Assembly (NCBI GenBank): GCA_963823035.1
Contig: CAWGKG010000014.1
Location: 576,001 to 640,000 of the forward strand
Reading direction: 5' to 3'
Length of the DNA stretch: 64,000 nt
Source of the DNA: an uncultured Gemmatimonadales bacterium
Lineage (GTDB): Bacteria > Gemmatimonadota > Gemmatimonadetes > Longimicrobiales > Gaopeijiaceae
Part shown: piece after piece, positions 32,479-43,019 of the stretch
Numbering within the stretch: the stretch's first letter is position 1
Layout of the letters: the number at the start of each line of letters is the position of its first letter
Translations under genes and position numbers: made by a program
Notes under the pieces: model-generated
The model's database searches: none
The model's input: only the letters and a program-made list of their open reading frames with translations
Told to the model about the DNA's origin: nothing

Positions 32479-33556
32479 TCATGCCGGCCTTCGTCCCCTC
32501 GTGAGCACCCGGCGTACCCGGCGCCTCGCCGCGGCGAGGGGTCCCTCACCCACCTCGGTGGCCTCGGCGAAGATCTGCTCGAGCGTGTCACCGATCCCGG
32601 CGACACGACGCTCCAGCTCCTCCTGTCGGAGCTCGCCCCGGTAGACCAGGCCGAACGCCATCGCGCCACCCGCGTTCACGATGAAATCGGGTGCGTACAG
32701 GATGCCGCGGTCGCCCAGTCGCTCGGCGTCCTCCTCCGTCTCCAACTGGTTGTTCGCCGAGCCCGCCACGACATCGCAGCGTAGACGTGGAATCGTCTGC
32801 GCGTTCAAGGTCGCGCCCACGCGCGCACGGCGCGTAGACGTCGCAGGGCTCGTCGTAGAGGCCGTCGGCCGACACCACCTTCCCACCCAGCTCCACCGCG
32901 AGCGCCATCGCCCGGGCCTCGTCCAGGTCCGCGAGGAGGAGCGTCGCGCCGGCGGCAGCGCACAGGCGGGCGAGCGGCTCGCCGACGTCCCCGACGCCCT
33001 GGATGAGGATGCGACACCCCCTCAGCCCGTCCACGGAGGCGCGATGCCGGAGGGCCGCCTCGATGCCGGCGCGTACGCCCAGGGCGGTGAACGGTCCCGG
33101 ATCGGTCGGGCCGGCCGGTCCGCGCGGCCGACCTACCACGTGCTCGGTGACGGTCGCCAGCTCGCGCATGTCCTCCGGCGTCGTTCCCAGATCCTCGCCC
33201 GTCCCGAACGCGCCCCCCAACCCGTTGAGCAGCGCGCCGAACCGGTGCAGGAGGCCGACGCGCTCCTCCCCCTCGAGCGGGCGCGGAACGGCCAGCACCG
33301 CCTTTCCGCCGCCGAAGGGGAAATCGATCGCCGCCCACTTGTGCGTCATCCCCTCCGCGAGGCGCAGCGCGTCCTTCAGCCCGTCCTCCGGGCGGGGATA
33401 GACCTTCATCCGACAGCCACCCACCGGCGTGCCGAGCGTGTCGTCGTGGAGCGCGACGAACATCCAGCTCCCGGTGGGTGCGTCGTACCTCGACACCACG
33501 CCGAGCCCGTCCCAGCGCTGGACGAGGTCGAGCAGCCCTTCGTGTCTGTTCTCCAT
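32479..33556 (-). CDS. Glu/Leu/Phe/Val dehydrogenase (leucine dehydrogenase-like); frameshift near 32825
   Basis: GGCRM, GMTHK, GGGKAV, GEDLGT, IQGVGDVG, GSANNQL, YAPDFIVNAGG. Confidence 0.9.
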
Positions 33557-33644
33557 GGTGCCGGACCTGGCGAGCGTGCGTCGACGGCCTCCCTCGCGGA
33601 GCCGTCGGGGCGACAAGTCTAGCGAACCGCCGCGCGGCGCGCGC

Positions 33645-34850
33645 TCATCCGCCCTCGTCCATGCGCCGCACCAGCTCCATCAGCACGTCACGCGTCGCGT
33701 GCGCGCGCACCACGAGCCAGCCCCCCGCGCGCGGGAGGACGAGCTCCGTGCGGGTGTCGGGCGCCACCGGCTCGAGCATGGAGGGCGTCATGCCCGCCGG
33801 CAGGTGCACCAGCTCCAGCGTGTCGCCTCCGGCCAGCCGCTGGCGCACGCGCACGCCCCCCGGGAGTCCCTCCCCATCCAGCCCGGCCACGGAGAGCACC
33901 TCGAGTCCAGGTACCACCAGCGAGCCCGTGGTGCCGGACGCGGCCTCACGGAAGAGCGTCGCATTCCTCCGGTCCGCCAGGGGAAGGGCGGCGCTTCGTA
34001 CCCTCCCGAGATCCTGCCCGGCGCCGGAGACCGGCAGGGGTGCGGGGCGCTGGGTCGGCGCGGCGCGCTGGCCGCGTCGGCCTGCCGGCGTGTGGCCGCG
34101 GCCGCCACCGCCTCCTTCGCCTCGACCGCCGTGCGCGGGAACGTGAGCGTGTCGAAGCGGGAGGCGGTGATCGCCGGCGCCTCGATCGCCTCGTCGTGCA
34201 GCCACGACGGCTCCGGCAGGATGCGCTCGCTCGGCAGATCGACGGGCATCGGACGCTCCTCCGTCGGCGGGTTCGCCTTCGACGCGACCGCGTCGAGCGC
34301 CCGCATGGAATCGACGCGCCGGGGGGCTGCGGACCCCTGCGCGGCGCGACTGCCGGCGTCCGCGGATCTGGCCGGTCGGCGTCGGCGTCGGGACGTCGCG
34401 GTCCCCTTCCGCCTTCTGGCGCTCCGCCTCGCCGGCGTCGGCGACGTCCGCCGTGGCCTCCTCCGCCTGCCGGGCCTCATCGCGCACGAACCCCTCGCGC
34501 GCGAAGTCCGGCATCGCCGCGTCGCGCAGCATCCATCCGGCCCCGAGGGCCAGCACGACCGAGGCGGCCCAGCCGAGCCGTGAGAGCCGGCTCGCCGTCC
34601 GGGCGGGCCTTCCGCGCGCACGCGCCAGCGCACGCACCTCCTCGAAGGCCGGGGGATCGATCGAGGCGGGCGCCGCGGCGCCCAGGATGTCCACCGCTTC
34701 CTGCCGGACCTGGCGCTCCTCCTCGAGCCGCGCGGCACATGCCCCGCACGTCGCGAGATGCTCGCGCACCCGCGCAGCCTCAGCCGCGGGCAGGGCGTCC
34801 AGCGCCCCGTCCAGATAGGCGTGCAGCGTCCCCTCATCCACGTGCGACAT
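33645..34850 (-). CDS. zf-HC2 anti-sigma factor with TM helix and long extracytoplasmic part; internal compensating frameshifts probable
   Basis: HVDEGTLHAYLDG, HLATCGAC, WAASVVLALGAGW. Confidence 0.8.
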   Translation of the reverse strand: MSHVDEGTLHAYLDGALDALPAAEAARVREHLATCGACAARLEEERQVRQEAVDILGAAAPASIDPPAFEEVRALARARGRPARTASRLSRLGWAASVVLALGAGWMLRDAAMPDFAREGFVRDEARQAEEATADVADAGEAERQKAEGDRDVPTPTPTGQIRGRRQSRRAGVRSPPARRFHAGARRGRVEGEPADGGASDARRSAERAHPAGAVVAARRGDRGAGDHRLPLRHAHVPAHGGRGEGGGGGRGHTPAGRRGQRAAPTQRPAPLPVSGAGQDLGRVRSAALPLADRRNATLFREAASGTTGSLVVPGLEVLSVAGLDGEGLPGGVRVRQRLAGGDTLELVHLPAGMTPSMLEPVAPDTRTELVLPRAGGWLVVRAHATRDVLMELVRRMDEGG

Positions 34851-35343
34851 CGTTCCCCTCACTCGCTTTGTACGCTTCCGCCAGGCGGCGACGGGCACGC
34901 GCCAGCGTGGTGCCCACCCCCCCCACCGCCAACCCGGTCTGCCGCGCGATCTCCGGATAGCTCATGCCGGCGTCCCACAGGAGCAGCGCTTCCCGGTCCC
35001 GCTCGCTCAGCGCATCGAGCGCCGCCCGGACGTGCCGTGACCGCTCCTGCTCCACCATCCCTTCCGTCGGATCGGGCGCCACGTCCTGCCGCTCCAGGGC
35101 TTCGCTCTTCAGCAGCGCCAGGTGACGCTTCCGTCTCAGGACGGTGCGTGCCTCGTCCCGCGCCAGATTCGACGCGACCTGGAAGAGCCAAGCGCGCGGG
35201 CGACGCGGCTCGTGCTGCAGCGCCCGCACGAACGCCTCCTGGGCGAGGTCCCGCGCCCGGTCCGGATCCCACACCTTGCGGTGGAGGAACCGGACCAGGT
35301 CGGGGAACACGCTCCGGTACAGCTCGTTCCAGTCGAGGCTCAC
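34834..35343 (-). CDS. ECF sigma factor
   Basis: ARDLAQEAFVR, AWLFQVASNL, LSERDREALLL, SYPEIA, TTLARARRRL. Confidence 0.9.
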   Translation of the reverse strand: MSLDWNELYRSVFPDLVRFLHRKVWDPDRARDLAQEAFVRALQHEPRRPRAWLFQVASNLARDEARTVLRRKRHLALLKSEALERQDVAPDPTEGMVEQERSRHVRAALDALSERDREALLLWDAGMSYPEIARQTGLAVGGVGTTLARARRRLAEAYKASEGNDVARG

Positions 35344-37601
35344 GGCGCTCCCCGCGCTCCGCGGAACCGAGCCACCACCCCGGCCAGCGCCGCGTCGTTC
35401 AGCTCGCTCACTCCGTCGTCACCAACCTGCAGGCTCACCTTCGCGCCGGCCACGATCACCGACGCGGTGCGCGCCAGGACGGGACGCAACTCGGGCAGAG
35501 CCTTCAGGAGTCGGAAGTACGCCGCGCTGTACGCCTTCACGTTGAAGACGGCCGCGTCGGCGACGTGGGCCAGGTCGATCCATACCCCCTCCTCGAGGCG
35601 GAAGATGCGGCCGCCCTCGGCCATCGTCGCGTCTCCCCGGTCCGACACCATCGCCGCTGTCAGCTCGTCCTCCGCGGCAGCGAGCGCCCCCACGGACTTC
35701 GCCTCCCGGAGCTGTCCGGCCTCCTTGGCGCGGCGAACCGCCTGCGCGCCGGAGGAAGCGGCCGGAGCAGACGGGAGGAAGAGGCTCGACGCATCCGTGC
35801 GTCCGGGCACGACGCCCACCGGCATCGGTCGGTCGGCCACCACGTCCTGCTCCTGCACCAGATACGACGTGTACGCGCTCGGCAGTCCGTAGCGCAGGGC
35901 CAGCTCCCGGATCTCCGCGACCAGGTCCGGCGTCTCCCCCTCCGTCCAGATCTGGCGCGTCAGATGACCCAGCTTGCGCGACGCCCACAACCTCGGGATG
36001 TACGCGTTGGCCGCAGACGTGCGGGGGAAGTCGGCGTTCGCGACGAACGTCTCGGAGCGGCCGGACCTCGTCCCGCGGATGCGCAGGCTCCCCTCCCCCT
36101 GGCCCGCGTAGCGCCCGAAGAGCACGAGCTCCTCGCCGGCGAAGACGTCCGGGAGGCGCACAGGGTAGATCTCCTCGAGGCGCACGGGCGCGCCGGCGAT
36201 CTCCAGGTCGGTCAGCACGGGATGACGGATCTTGGTGGCCAGGAGCCCGAGCGCGCGCTCCACGTTCTCGCCCGGCTCCACGTACTGGGTGCTCCCACGG
36301 CCGGCCTCTCCCAGACGGTCGAGGAGGTGCGTGTTCACGTCGTGCCCCACCCCGAAGGCGAACACACGCGCGCGCCCGGCATGCTGCTCCGCCCGGTCCG
36401 CCAGCCGCTCCGGCGCCTTCTCGCCGACCGAGGGGAGCCCGTCCGTGAGGAAGATCACCACGGGGAGCCGTCCCGCCGGGCTCGACATCCGGAACGCCTC
36501 GTCCAGCGCAGCGCCGATGTTCGTTCCGCCGTCCGCCACCAGGGCGTCCACCCACCGTCGCGCCTCCGCCACCCGTGCGCCGGTGGCGGACGACCAGTCG
36601 GTGTCGAGCATGCGCACGGCGTTCGAGAAGGCGACGAGGCGGAAGCGATCATCCCGCGAGAGCGTGCCCAGCAGGCCGTGGAGCGCCGCCTTGGCCTGCC
36701 CGATCTTCTCGCCGGACATCGAGCCCGACACGTCGAGGACCACCGTGACGTCCCGCGGCTCCGCCCGCGCGGCGTTGCTGCCGGGCGTCAGCGTGAGCAT
36801 GAAGTAGCCGTCTTCGCCGGGCGGGCGATGGGTCGCTACCGAAAGCCCCACGGCCTCCCCCGCCAGCGGCAGGAAGATCGACAGACGGCCGTACAGCTCG
36901 TCCCGAACGCGCACGCTCAGCCTGGCCCCGTCCCGATGGACCTCCAGCTCGTGCGTCGGCGAGAAGGGATCGAGGTAGGCCGCCCCGTCGTCGGCCACCA
37001 CCTCGAAGGTCGTCCGCACGGGCTCATGGGGCTCGGGGCGGACGACGTCGCCGCCCCGCGTCGCGACCGGGTGATCGAGTCCTCCCTTCACGGCACCGGC
37101 GTAGACGAACTGGAGGGCCTCCCCGGCGCGGGCCAGCACCTGCGTGAAGCGCAGCGTCACCCGTCGCTCCTCACCTGGCTCGATCGGGAAGACCTTCGCG
37201 CGCAGCAGCCCCTCTCCGGCCAGCTCGATGAGGGCGGGATCGGCGCGTCGGCGCACGATATCCTCGTAGATCGCCCGCGCCTCGTCCGCGTCCATGATCT
37301 CGCCGCGCAGCTCCGCATCGCCCTGGAAGAGCGAGAAGCCCTGGAAGACCGCCTCGCCCGGAAGCGGATAGAGGTAGTGTCCCTCGGCGACGCGTCGGCC
37401 GTCGTTGCGGAACCACTCCGACACCTCCACCTGGGCCACGCGCCCGTCCAGGCGCACGTGCACCTCGCTCCGCACCTTGTCCACCGTGAAGCCGCTGCGG
37501 TCCACGCCGCCCGGCGGCTCGATCCAGCCCTGCGCGGAGCCCACCGCGGGCAGACCCGCCCACAGTATCCACGCCCACACGACGATACGCGCACGTCCCA
37601 T
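35340..37601 (-). CDS. Exported VIT + vWA domain protein (inter-alpha-trypsin inhibitor heavy chain-like)
   Basis: Signal peptide; VIT (EGHYLYPLP, DPALIE); MIDAS DVSGSM, GGTNI, FLTDG, FGVG. Confidence 0.9.
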   Translation of the reverse strand: MGRARIVVWAWILWAGLPAVGSAQGWIEPPGGVDRSGFTVDKVRSEVHVRLDGRVAQVEVSEWFRNDGRRVAEGHYLYPLPGEAVFQGFSLFQGDAELRGEIMDADEARAIYEDIVRRRADPALIELAGEGLLRAKVFPIEPGEERRVTLRFTQVLARAGEALQFVYAGAVKGGLDHPVATRGGDVVRPEPHEPVRTTFEVVADDGAAYLDPFSPTHELEVHRDGARLSVRVRDELYGRLSIFLPLAGEAVGLSVATHRPPGEDGYFMLTLTPGSNAARAEPRDVTVVLDVSGSMSGEKIGQAKAALHGLLGTLSRDDRFRLVAFSNAVRMLDTDWSSATGARVAEARRWVDALVADGGTNIGAALDEAFRMSSPAGRLPVVIFLTDGLPSVGEKAPERLADRAEQHAGRARVFAFGVGHDVNTHLLDRLGEAGRGSTQYVEPGENVERALGLLATKIRHPVLTDLEIAGAPVRLEEIYPVRLPDVFAGEELVLFGRYAGQGEGSLRIRGTRSGRSETFVANADFPRTSAANAYIPRLWASRKLGHLTRQIWTEGETPDLVAEIRELALRYGLPSAYTSYLVQEQDVVADRPMPVGVVPGRTDASSLFLPSAPAASSGAQAVRRAKEAGQLREAKSVGALAAAEDELTAAMVSDRGDATMAEGGRIFRLEEGVWIDLAHVADAAVFNVKAYSAAYFRLLKALPELRPVLARTASVIVAGAKVSLQVGDDGVSELNDAALAGVVARFRGARGAP

Positions 37602-37773
37602 GATTCCTCCCGGCCATGGCCGCCCGATTCCCGGCGCGGCCGTCTTCGCTGTCACCCGGGATGACGTGCAAGCCCCCTCCCCTTGCACACCCCCTCCCCT
37701 CGGCCCCTTGCACAGCGGCGTCGGCTTTGACTGATTTTCGGGTCCTGTGCCAGCACCCCACCTGGAGGCTCCC

Positions 37774-38911
37774 CTGAACATCGTCGTGCTTGGAGGCGGC
37801 CGTGTCGGCGGCGCCATCGTGCGTGACCTGACCGCCGTCGATGACTTCACCGTGACCGTGGCCGACGTCGATCCGGTCGCGGTGGACCGTCTTCTGGAAG
37901 ACGGCGCCAACGGCATGTGCCTCGACCTCTCGGACCCGGCCAACGTCGCCCGCGCCATCGAGGACGCGGACCTGGTCGTAGGTGCCGTCCCCGGCTTCAT
38001 GGGCTACCGCACCGTCGAAAAGGTGCTCGAAGCCGGCAAGCCGGTGGTCGACATCTCCTTCTTCCCGGAGAACGCCTTCGGCCTCGAGAAGGCTGCGCAG
38101 GAGGCGGGCGTGCCCTGCCTGGTCGACTGCGGCGTCGCGCCCGGCCTCAGCAACCTCGTGCTGGGTCGGCTCGAGGCGGCCCTCGACGAGCACGCACTCC
38201 TTCCGGTGCCTCGTCGGCGGCCTCCCGGTCGAGCGCCGGTGGCCGTGGGAGTACAAGGCCCCCTTCTCACCCGCGGACGTCCTCGAGGAGTACACGCGCC
38301 CCGCGCGCTTCCGCGTCCACGGCCGCGAGGTGGTCGTGCCCGCCCTCTCCGAGGTGGAGCTGGTGCACTTCCCCGGCCTGGGCACCCTCGAGGCGTTCGC
38401 CACCGACGGGCTGCGCTCGCTGCTGACGACGGCCGAGACGCCCGACATGGTGGAGAAGACGCTCCGCTACCCCGGGCACGCGGAGATCATGCGCCTCCTG
38501 CGGGAGACCGGCTTCTTCTCGAAGGAGCCCGTGCAGGCGGCGTCGGGCCAGGTGCGCCCGTTCGACGTCACCTCCGCGCTGCTCTTCGACCAGTGGCAGT
38601 TCGAAGAGGGGGAGCCCGACCTGACGATCATGCGGATTGAGGTCGAGGGGACGAAGGGCGGCAAGCGCGTCCGCCACGTCTACAACCTGCTCGACTACTA
38701 CGACCCGGACAGCGAGACCTCCTCGATGGCGCGCACCACCGGCTACAGCTGCACGGCCATGGTGAACGAGGTGGCATCGGGTCGGTGGACGGAGCCCGGC
38801 GTGGCCCCGCCCGAGATCGTCGGCCGGCGCGAGGAGTGCTTCGAGGGCGTGCTCCGGCACCTCGACGAACGGGGGATCAACATCTTCCACCACATGGAAG
38901 AGCTGGACTGA
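37774..38911 (+). CDS. Saccharopine dehydrogenase / lysine 6-dehydrogenase family; frameshift near 38195
   Basis: IVVLGGGRVG, VPGFMG, DCGVAPGLSN, TDGLRSL, EKTLRYPGH, SSMARTTG. Confidence 0.88.
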
Positions 38912-38955
38912 GGGGCCGCGGGGGCGCGTCGCTCGACCGACGTGCCCCCGCGGGC

Positions 38956-40554
38956 CTACCGCTTCACCGCCGGCACGCGGAGCACGGGGAGCGCACCGGC
39001 TTCGATCTGTCGGTCGAGGAGCCCCCACGCCACGAAGCCGTCGTCCGAGCGTGGCTCGAGGAGCGTGAAGGCCAGGCGGCCGAGGGGCTGGTCGAGCGAC
39101 ACGAAGGCGGCTCCCTCGGGGAGCGTGACCGTGGCGGGCTCCCAACGTCCCCATACGGTGCGCTCCCGGTGGCCCTGGAACTCCCGCTCGGCGACGGTCG
39201 TGGAGTCGATGACGAACCGCTCGGCACGTACCTCGCGGGGCGAGGCGTACCGCACCACCGCCACGCCGTGCGCCTCGGCACGGGCGATCGCGTCCTCCGC
39301 CTCCGGGAGGATGTAGTACGCCTCGGGCGCCACCGCGGTCTCGCTGGGGCTGAACGTCCCGTAGTCGGTCATGCGCACCCGGTTCACGACGTTCCGCCGC
39401 AGGAGCATGAGGTCTCCGCTGTACGGATTCCTCACCCGGTCCACCTCGCCCATGAGGATGGTCACCTGCCCCCCCGCGTGCGGCTCCGCTCGCGTGGCCA
39501 GCTCTCGGCCCACCACGCTCTCCCGATCGGCGGCCTCCGTGATCTCGCGGATGCGGGTCGCGTTCTGGTCCGCGAAGTCCAGCACCTCCTCCACGAACCA
39601 GAGGGAGGCGCGCACGCGGTCCTCGAAGGTGAGGTAGGCGTAGGCCTCGCTGAGGAGGGCCATCCTGTTGCGCAGCCCGACGTAGTTGTTGTTGAAGCGC
39701 GGGCGATGGTCGAAGGTGAACCACCCCTGCCCCCCGTCGGGCGTCCGCCCCGCGTTCCCGTAGTAGTAGTACTCCCAACCGTGCTTCTCACGGATGCGGT
39801 CGGTGAGCTGGGGAAGCCACTGCTCGCGGAGGAAGCGGTCGATGGCGCGGGGGGTGTTCGGGTGCAGCGGGGGGGAGTACGTGACGTGGTAGGCGTGGTA
39901 CGTGCCGTTGGTGGTGTGCAGGTCCACGGCCACGTGCGGATCGTACTCGGTGAGGAGGCGCGCGAGGGAGCGGGCCTCGGGCGAGTCGAGCTTCGTGTGG
40001 TCGCGGTTGAGGTCGAGCCCGTCGGCGTTCGGACGTTGCCCCATCCCGCCCACCGGCCCGTTCTGTCGCGGGCGGTTGTCGAGACGGACGCGCTCGTTCC
40101 CGTCCGCGTTGTAGATGGGCGCGATCAGCAGCACCAGCGAGTCCGACCACGCAGGATATACGCCGGAAGCGTAGCGACGCAGGAGCATGAGGAGTGCCTC
40201 CTTCCCGCACACCTCGCCCGCGTGGATATCGCCCTGGATGTAGACGCGCGTCTTGCCGGTGGCGCGCACGGTCGCCGCCGTCGCATCGGCGGCGCCTACC
40301 ACCAGCAGCGGCAGCGCGCGCCCCTCCGTCGTGTATCCGAACGTCGTGAGGTGGATGTCGGGGCTCGCGTCCGCGAGGCGGCGCGCGAGGTCCATCACCT
40401 CGTCGTAGCGCGTGGTCTCGCGGAAGTCGGTGCGCTCGGCGCGCGTGAGGAGGAGGTCGTGCTCCTCGAAGGTCTGGGCTGCGGTCGGGGCCGCGATGGC
40501 CGGCAGAAGGTTGAGGGCGATCGCGGTGGCGGCGAGGGCGGCGGGGCGTGGCAT
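38956..40554 (-). CDS. Secreted M14 zinc carboxypeptidase
   Basis: Signal peptide; IHAGEVCGKE, NADG, DLNRD, DLHTTNG. Confidence 0.9.
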   Translation of the reverse strand: MPRPAALAATAIALNLLPAIAAPTAAQTFEEHDLLLTRAERTDFRETTRYDEVMDLARRLADASPDIHLTTFGYTTEGRALPLLVVGAADATAATVRATGKTRVYIQGDIHAGEVCGKEALLMLLRRYASGVYPAWSDSLVLLIAPIYNADGNERVRLDNRPRQNGPVGGMGQRPNADGLDLNRDHTKLDSPEARSLARLLTEYDPHVAVDLHTTNGTYHAYHVTYSPPLHPNTPRAIDRFLREQWLPQLTDRIREKHGWEYYYYGNAGRTPDGGQGWFTFDHRPRFNNNYVGLRNRMALLSEAYAYLTFEDRVRASLWFVEEVLDFADQNATRIREITEAADRESVVGRELATRAEPHAGGQVTILMGEVDRVRNPYSGDLMLLRRNVVNRVRMTDYGTFSPSETAVAPEAYYILPEAEDAIARAEAHGVAVVRYASPREVRAERFVIDSTTVAEREFQGHRERTVWGRWEPATVTLPEGAAFVSLDQPLGRLAFTLLEPRSDDGFVAWGLLDRQIEAGALPVLRVPAVKR

Positions 40555-40681
40555 CGGTCGTGCTCCGGTGCGGTTGCTGCGGACCTTCGAAGCTACGCAC
40601 ACGCCGACCCGCTAGCCATGACCCGTAGGCCCGTGTAGCTTCCGGCGCCTCTCCCACCCCTTTCGCGCGTGTGCCTGCCTG

Positions 40682-41071
40682 ATGGGCAAGAGTCTACCCA
40701 TTTTCTACGACTGCCAGAACTGTCCTTCCTACTGCTGCTCGTATCCCCGCATCGAGGTCACGAAGAAGGACATCGAACGGCTGGCGAAGCACTTCGGTCT
40801 GGACGTCGCCGCCGCGAAGCGCCGCTTCACGAAGAAGGGCGACGAGCCGGGGGAGATCATCCTCCGCCACCAGAAGGACGAGACGTACGGCACCGCGTGC
40901 CGCTTCCTCGACCTGGAAACGCGGCTGTGCACCGTCCACACGGTGCGCCCGGCGATCTGCCGCGACCATCCGGGCACGCCGCAGTGCGCGTACTACAACT
41001 TCCTGATGGCCGAGCGTCGGTACCAGGACGATCCCGAGTTCGTCGCACGCGCGTACAACCCTCCGGAGTGA
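40682..41071 (+). CDS. YkgJ-family cysteine-cluster (Zn/Fe-S-chelating) protein
   Basis: CQNCPSYCC, CRFLD, CTVH..RP.IC. Confidence 0.85.
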   Translation: MGKSLPIFYDCQNCPSYCCSYPRIEVTKKDIERLAKHFGLDVAAAKRRFTKKGDEPGEIILRHQKDETYGTACRFLDLETRLCTVHTVRPAICRDHPGTPQCAYYNFLMAERRYQDDPEFVARAYNPPE

Positions 41072-41072
41072 C

Positions 41073-41108
41073 GAGAGCCCCGCGACGGTAGCTCGTCGCG
41101 GGACTCTT
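41073..41108. terminator. Stem-loop between convergent genes
   Basis: gagagccccgcgacg-gtagct-cgtcgcgggactctt imperfect inverted repeat. Confidence 0.6.
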
Positions 41109-41152
41109 CGCGCTTCGTCGTGGGCGGGACGAGCCGTCCCGCCGCTCGGCCG

Positions 41153-41884
41153 TCAGGCGACGTCGAAGCCCGCGTCCTCCAGCTGGCGCCGCTTCGCGTC
41201 GTCCTCGCTGACGATCTGGCCGTCGAAGAGGTGGATCGAACGGTCCGCCACGTGGGCGTAGCGAGGATCGTGCGTCACCATGCAGATCGTCGCGCCCTCG
41301 TTGTGCAGCTCCTTCATCAGGTCCATCACCGCGTTGCCGTTCTTCGAGTCCAGGTTACCCGTCGGCTCGTCCGCCAGCAGGATCAGCGGCTTGCCCACGA
41401 TCGCCCGCGCCACCGCCACCCGCTGCTGCTGACCCCCCGACAGCTGGCTCGGATAGTGCCCCATCCGGTGCGCCATCCCCACCCGCTCCAGCGCCGCCTG
41501 CACCCGCTCCTTCCGCTCGCTCCCCGGCATCCCCCGGTACGTCAGCGGCAGCTCCACGTTCTCGTACACCGTCAGGTCGCCGATCAGGTTGAACGCCTGG
41601 AAGATGAACCCGATCGCCTGGTTGCGGATCTTCGCCCGCTGGCTCGCGCTCAGGTTCTCCACCGGCTCGTTGTCGAGGAGGTACTTCCCCGCCGTCGGTG
41701 AATCCAGCAGACCCAGGATCGACAGCAGCGTCGTCTTCCCGCACCCCGACGGACCCGCGATCGAGACGAACTCGCCCGTCCTGATCTCCATCGTGATGTT
41801 CGACAAGGCGTGGGTCTCCACCTCCTCGGTGTAGAAGACCTTGCTCAGGCCCTCCAGCTTGATCAACGCATGATCGGCTGCCAT
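41153..41884 (-). CDS. ABC transporter ATP-binding protein (MacB/LolD-type) with no adjacent permease
   Basis: GPSGCGKT, IGFIFQAFNL, LSGGQQQRVAVARA, LADEPTGNLD, VTHD. Confidence 0.95.
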   Translation of the reverse strand: MAADHALIKLEGLSKVFYTEEVETHALSNITMEIRTGEFVSIAGPSGCGKTTLLSILGLLDSPTAGKYLLDNEPVENLSASQRAKIRNQAIGFIFQAFNLIGDLTVYENVELPLTYRGMPGSERKERVQAALERVGMAHRMGHYPSQLSGGQQQRVAVARAIVGKPLILLADEPTGNLDSKNGNAVMDLMKELHNEGATICMVTHDPRYAHVADRSIHLFDGQIVSEDDAKRRQLEDAGFDVA

Positions 41885-41973
41885 CTGCTTCCCTCCCTGT
41901 GGGCATTGGGTCCGGTCGGACGGCGCGGTGTCCTCCCGACCTGGTGGCGGCCCCCCGGGCGCCTCGTAGTCTA

Positions 41974-42001
41974 TAGACGAAGTTCAGTGCCGAATAGTTG
42001 C
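41974..42001 (-). promoter_or_regulatory. ECF-type promoter GCAAC-N17-CGTCTA for the ABC ATPase
   Basis: Minus strand GCAAC tattcggcactgaactt CGTCTATA. Confidence 0.7.
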
Positions 42002-43007
42002 AGGGGGGGCTACGGGGAGGTGATCGAGACGGATCGTGGGGGCCCGGCCCGCATCCCCCAACGCCTTCAACGAGGCGCGGATTCCCGCCTGGATCGAGGC
42101 GCTCAGCCCTTCCCACCCCTCGTCGTGCTCCGGCTGCCGGAGCGCTCCCTCCGTGCCTTTGCGCATGAGGGCGATCCGCCCAGCGAACGTCTCGATCTCC
42201 ACGATGGCGCCACCGCCGCCCACCTCGAGCTGGTGTCGCTCTCCCCCCTTCAACCGCTCCACCTGTCCGTTCAGGTTCGTGACGATCGAGCCGTAGACGG
42301 TGGCGAGGTTGAACGAGGCACCGGTCCCCTCGGGCACGACCATCGTGACCGAGCCGCCGTGCGCTCCGAAGTAGTACGTGCCGCCCTTCACGAGCGTGCC
42401 CTCGTAGTCGATGCGGCCACCCGTCGTGCCCACGTCCACCGACGTGGCCTGGGCGTTCTCGAAGAGGATGTCCCCACCCGCGGACTCCGCGACCACGTCC
42501 CCCTGGACGTTCACGAAGCGGATGTCGTCGGCCGCCGTCTCCGCCTCGATCTTCCCCCGCGCACCCTCCACCAGGACCTTCCCGGTGGTCGAGGACACCT
42601 TCAACGAGCCGGAGCCGCCACGCACGGTCACGTCGCCCTGCATCGTCTCGGCGGACACCTCGCCGGTCACTCCCTCCACCGTGATGTCCGTGTACATCCC
42701 GCTCAGGTCGAGCGCGACCGACCGCGGCACGGAGAGCCGGAAGTCGACGATCGTGGTGGGACCGCGGGTGGCCTCGCGCCTCGATCGACAGCCGCTCGCC
42801 GCCGCGCGTGCGCCTTACGGCCACGTAGCTCCGGTGCGAGTGCTCGGCCTGGACCCGCACCTCGTTCCGGTCCCATCCCGTGACGACGATGCTCCCGCCC
42901 GGACTCTCCACCGACAGCACCTTCGCGTTCTGCAGCGGAAAGACCGTGTCCGTCTGCTGCTGGGCCATCCCGAGGACCATCAGGGCCCCGATCACCATTC
43001 CGTTCAT
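41984..43007 (-). CDS. DUF4097 (toast-rack / putative adhesin) beta-repeat protein; frameshift near 42770, 3' end uncertain
   Basis: Signal peptide; GSIVVTGWDRNEV, repeated 'T..GDV.V' units. Confidence 0.8.
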
Positions 43008-43019
43008 CGAAATCCTCGA

